Assembly (NCBI GenBank): GCA_964106915.2
Contig: OZ066922.1
DNA: 64,000 nucleotides
Direction: 5' to 3' (one strand)
Source: Podarcis gaigeae
Taxonomy: Eukaryota
Shown here: positions 61,791 through 64,000 of the stretch, in pieces
Numbering within the stretch: position 1 is the first letter of the stretch
Layout of the letters: every line of letters begins with the position of its first letter
The notes under the pieces: generated by a model
What the model saw: only the letters and a program-made list of their open reading frames with translations
What the model was told of the DNA's origin: nothing
The model's database searches: none
Program-made: the position numbers and the translations under genes

Positions 61791-64000
61791 GTTATATTCT
61801 TTCTTTTATAAATAAAGAATGCTACGGTTGGTTTTCACTTCAGCTTTGGGTATTAACAGATGCAAGCATCGGAAGATGCAGTTACAATTACAGAGAAACA
61901 ATAACAAAATATCCCCAAGACCCCAAAGTAGGTTGTAAACATTGCCACCAGTGAAATATATTGCCTCCATGAGTTATGTTCTTGCCATCCAAAATATCTT
62001 CAGAATCATTTCAGTAACATTCCAGACTCAAGAAAAGGGTCCAATTCATGTGCATGTGCATTGTGGGAAATACACAATGATGGTTGATGCCACTATTGAA
62101 AAGCTAATCCCAGAATTCTGGTCCTAGCTTCCACACACACATACACACCACCAGTCTTCTCTGCTATTAGGAAGAAAGACTCCAGAACAAGGATCCTAAC
62201 CCTAGCCAGGAAGCAGTGGGTCAGAGCATAGCAGCAGATGGACTGCCACATCATAAACCCTGCCACTCACATTGGCCAAGACAGAAGAGGGTTTGTTTAC
62301 TTTTACCCCTGTGTCAGCCCTCAGGAGCCCCACTGCACCCCACAATCTGCAGGTTGTGGATCCAGCAAACACAAAATTGCTAGTGCCCCACCCTACAACA
62401 GTTTCAATGCTTTCTGTTACTGCTGGTGGGAGAACTAAGAACAGTAGCTTCTTACCTGACTGGGCACAGTGTGGGACTCTAGAGTGATGGATGCCTCACT
62501 ACCATGACCTGGGGAAATTGATGGAGAGCAGCAGATAGACATCACTGCAATAGTCTAAACGCCTCCAGTAACATAGATGAGCAGGTTAGTTAACTGTGTA
62601 GCAAACGGTTCATTATTTCTCTTTCAGCTAATGAGAGTTAAGGCTACTTTCATTTACTTAAATAGTCTCTCTTAAATCTGAAGGTTCAAACTGACCATTA
62701 CCATAGACAGCCAAGCTCTCCAATAGGAAATTTTGATGCTGTATTGTCCTTTAGACCATCTGTTTCTTCTCTATTGCACTGTAATCCTTATATTTCTTCT
62801 TCGTTCTCTTGATTGACATAAGAAAAAAAGAAGATATCCCTATGATTCTTAATGATATATCAAAAAATGCATTCTTGGGATTAAATCACTGGTAATATAC
62901 AAAAGAGAAGTGGAATTTCATGTCTGCCTTTAAATTTTAAGACAGCTTTTTAAGTAATATTACTTATTTTATGATTGGCACAAAGTCCTTACACATAGCT
63001 AGGATTAACATTCTTTGAAAGAGACACAGAATGAAATACACTTTGATTGCAACTAATCTATTTTGTCTAACTATTCTGTTCTCAGAGTCTAGCGACTGCC
63101 TGGAAGGTTCCTCTGTGTTAGAATGAATGTTATTTCTTTCCATGATTTCTATTTATCACAGTGCTGTGGGACACTACTGGCAATTTAGAGAAGAATAATG
63201 CCCCACAGGTTAGAGACCAACAGCAGGAACTGCTCCCATAAAGACAAATGTACTGAAGATTTATCTGTTTACCTATGTAATTTTCCCCCTCTTTAAGATA
63301 CCGAGGGATTTTTGTGCATCATTTGCTCCTGATTTGTAAGAGCCTGTTGTCTAAAGGAAAGAAACATAGCACTTTCTACTCCTCACAGATACAATTCCTC
63401 ATTTCCAAGAACCTTGTAAGAAATCAGAAATTATTTCATAGTGAAATGTGTTCTGTGGAGTATTCAGTGAAGGCACAGGGATGCCTTAGGATGTGGGTAA
63501 TTCTGACAGCTGGATCCACCACTCAGCTGGTGATATGAATTAAAGTCAGTATCACTCCACTTTGCTTGAGATGGGCAGAGCAATCCCATATTAACTTTGA
63601 TGCTAGTGGGAGAGATTTACCACCACTAATGACTGCCATATGTGAGCAGCCCAGGAGATGAAGGAAAAACAAAACACTTGGGCTGCATTCAGATAGCATT
63701 GTATTTCATTTCCTTGACATGTCCTTACCTGAAAAATTTTGTGTTTTATGTGATTTTATACATGACATAAAAGGCACTTCTGGAAATCTAGCACAATCTA
63801 GCAGGGCACTCATTATCGTGTTTGTTGCTTCCAGAAAAAAAAAAATGTTTGCAGCCCGTTAACCTGGAAAATCATGGGATGGGAGATTTGTGCCAAGATG
63901 TAGACATGTAGTTCCCCAATGCTATTCTCTGATACAGGTCCTGCAGGTTGGAGCAGATGCTCTGCAAAACAATGCCTTCAGCTCCCAAACGATGGAAACC

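Noticed and set aside
1-64000. ORF track entries as protein-coding genes
   Set aside because: All are at most 162 aa, often overlap on both strands and show no recognisable domains except decayed LINE ORF2 motifs; consistent with random ORFs in vertebrate non-coding DNA

Overview
Vertebrate non-coding DNA (AT-rich, CpG-depleted), most likely intronic or intergenic sequence from a squamate reptile, probably a lacertid lizard, judging from the SINE families (Sauria/Squam1, Squam2-like, Squam3-like, POM-like). No intact protein-coding gene, rRNA, tRNA gene or CRISPR array is supported. The supplied ORFs are random or come from decayed LINEs (L1, L2, CR1). The window is a mosaic of SINEs, LINE fragments, MITE-like DNA transposons, one or two solo LTRs and microsatellites, with several repeat-free, motif-rich blocks that may be conserved enhancers. 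The main structural oddities are: a tail-to-tail pair of ~95% identical young Sauria SINEs 0.5 kb apart; an apparently perfect 361-bp tandem duplication with a 3-bp junction microhomology; a diverged ~140-bp duplicated element with a C/D-box-like layout; a ~60-bp copy of an already decayed CR1 fragment; and a few isolated splice-site-bounded candidate exons plus a possible recursive splice site. I cannot show a novel biological system from sequence alone. Repeat family names are from memory of consensus sequences, not a database search.
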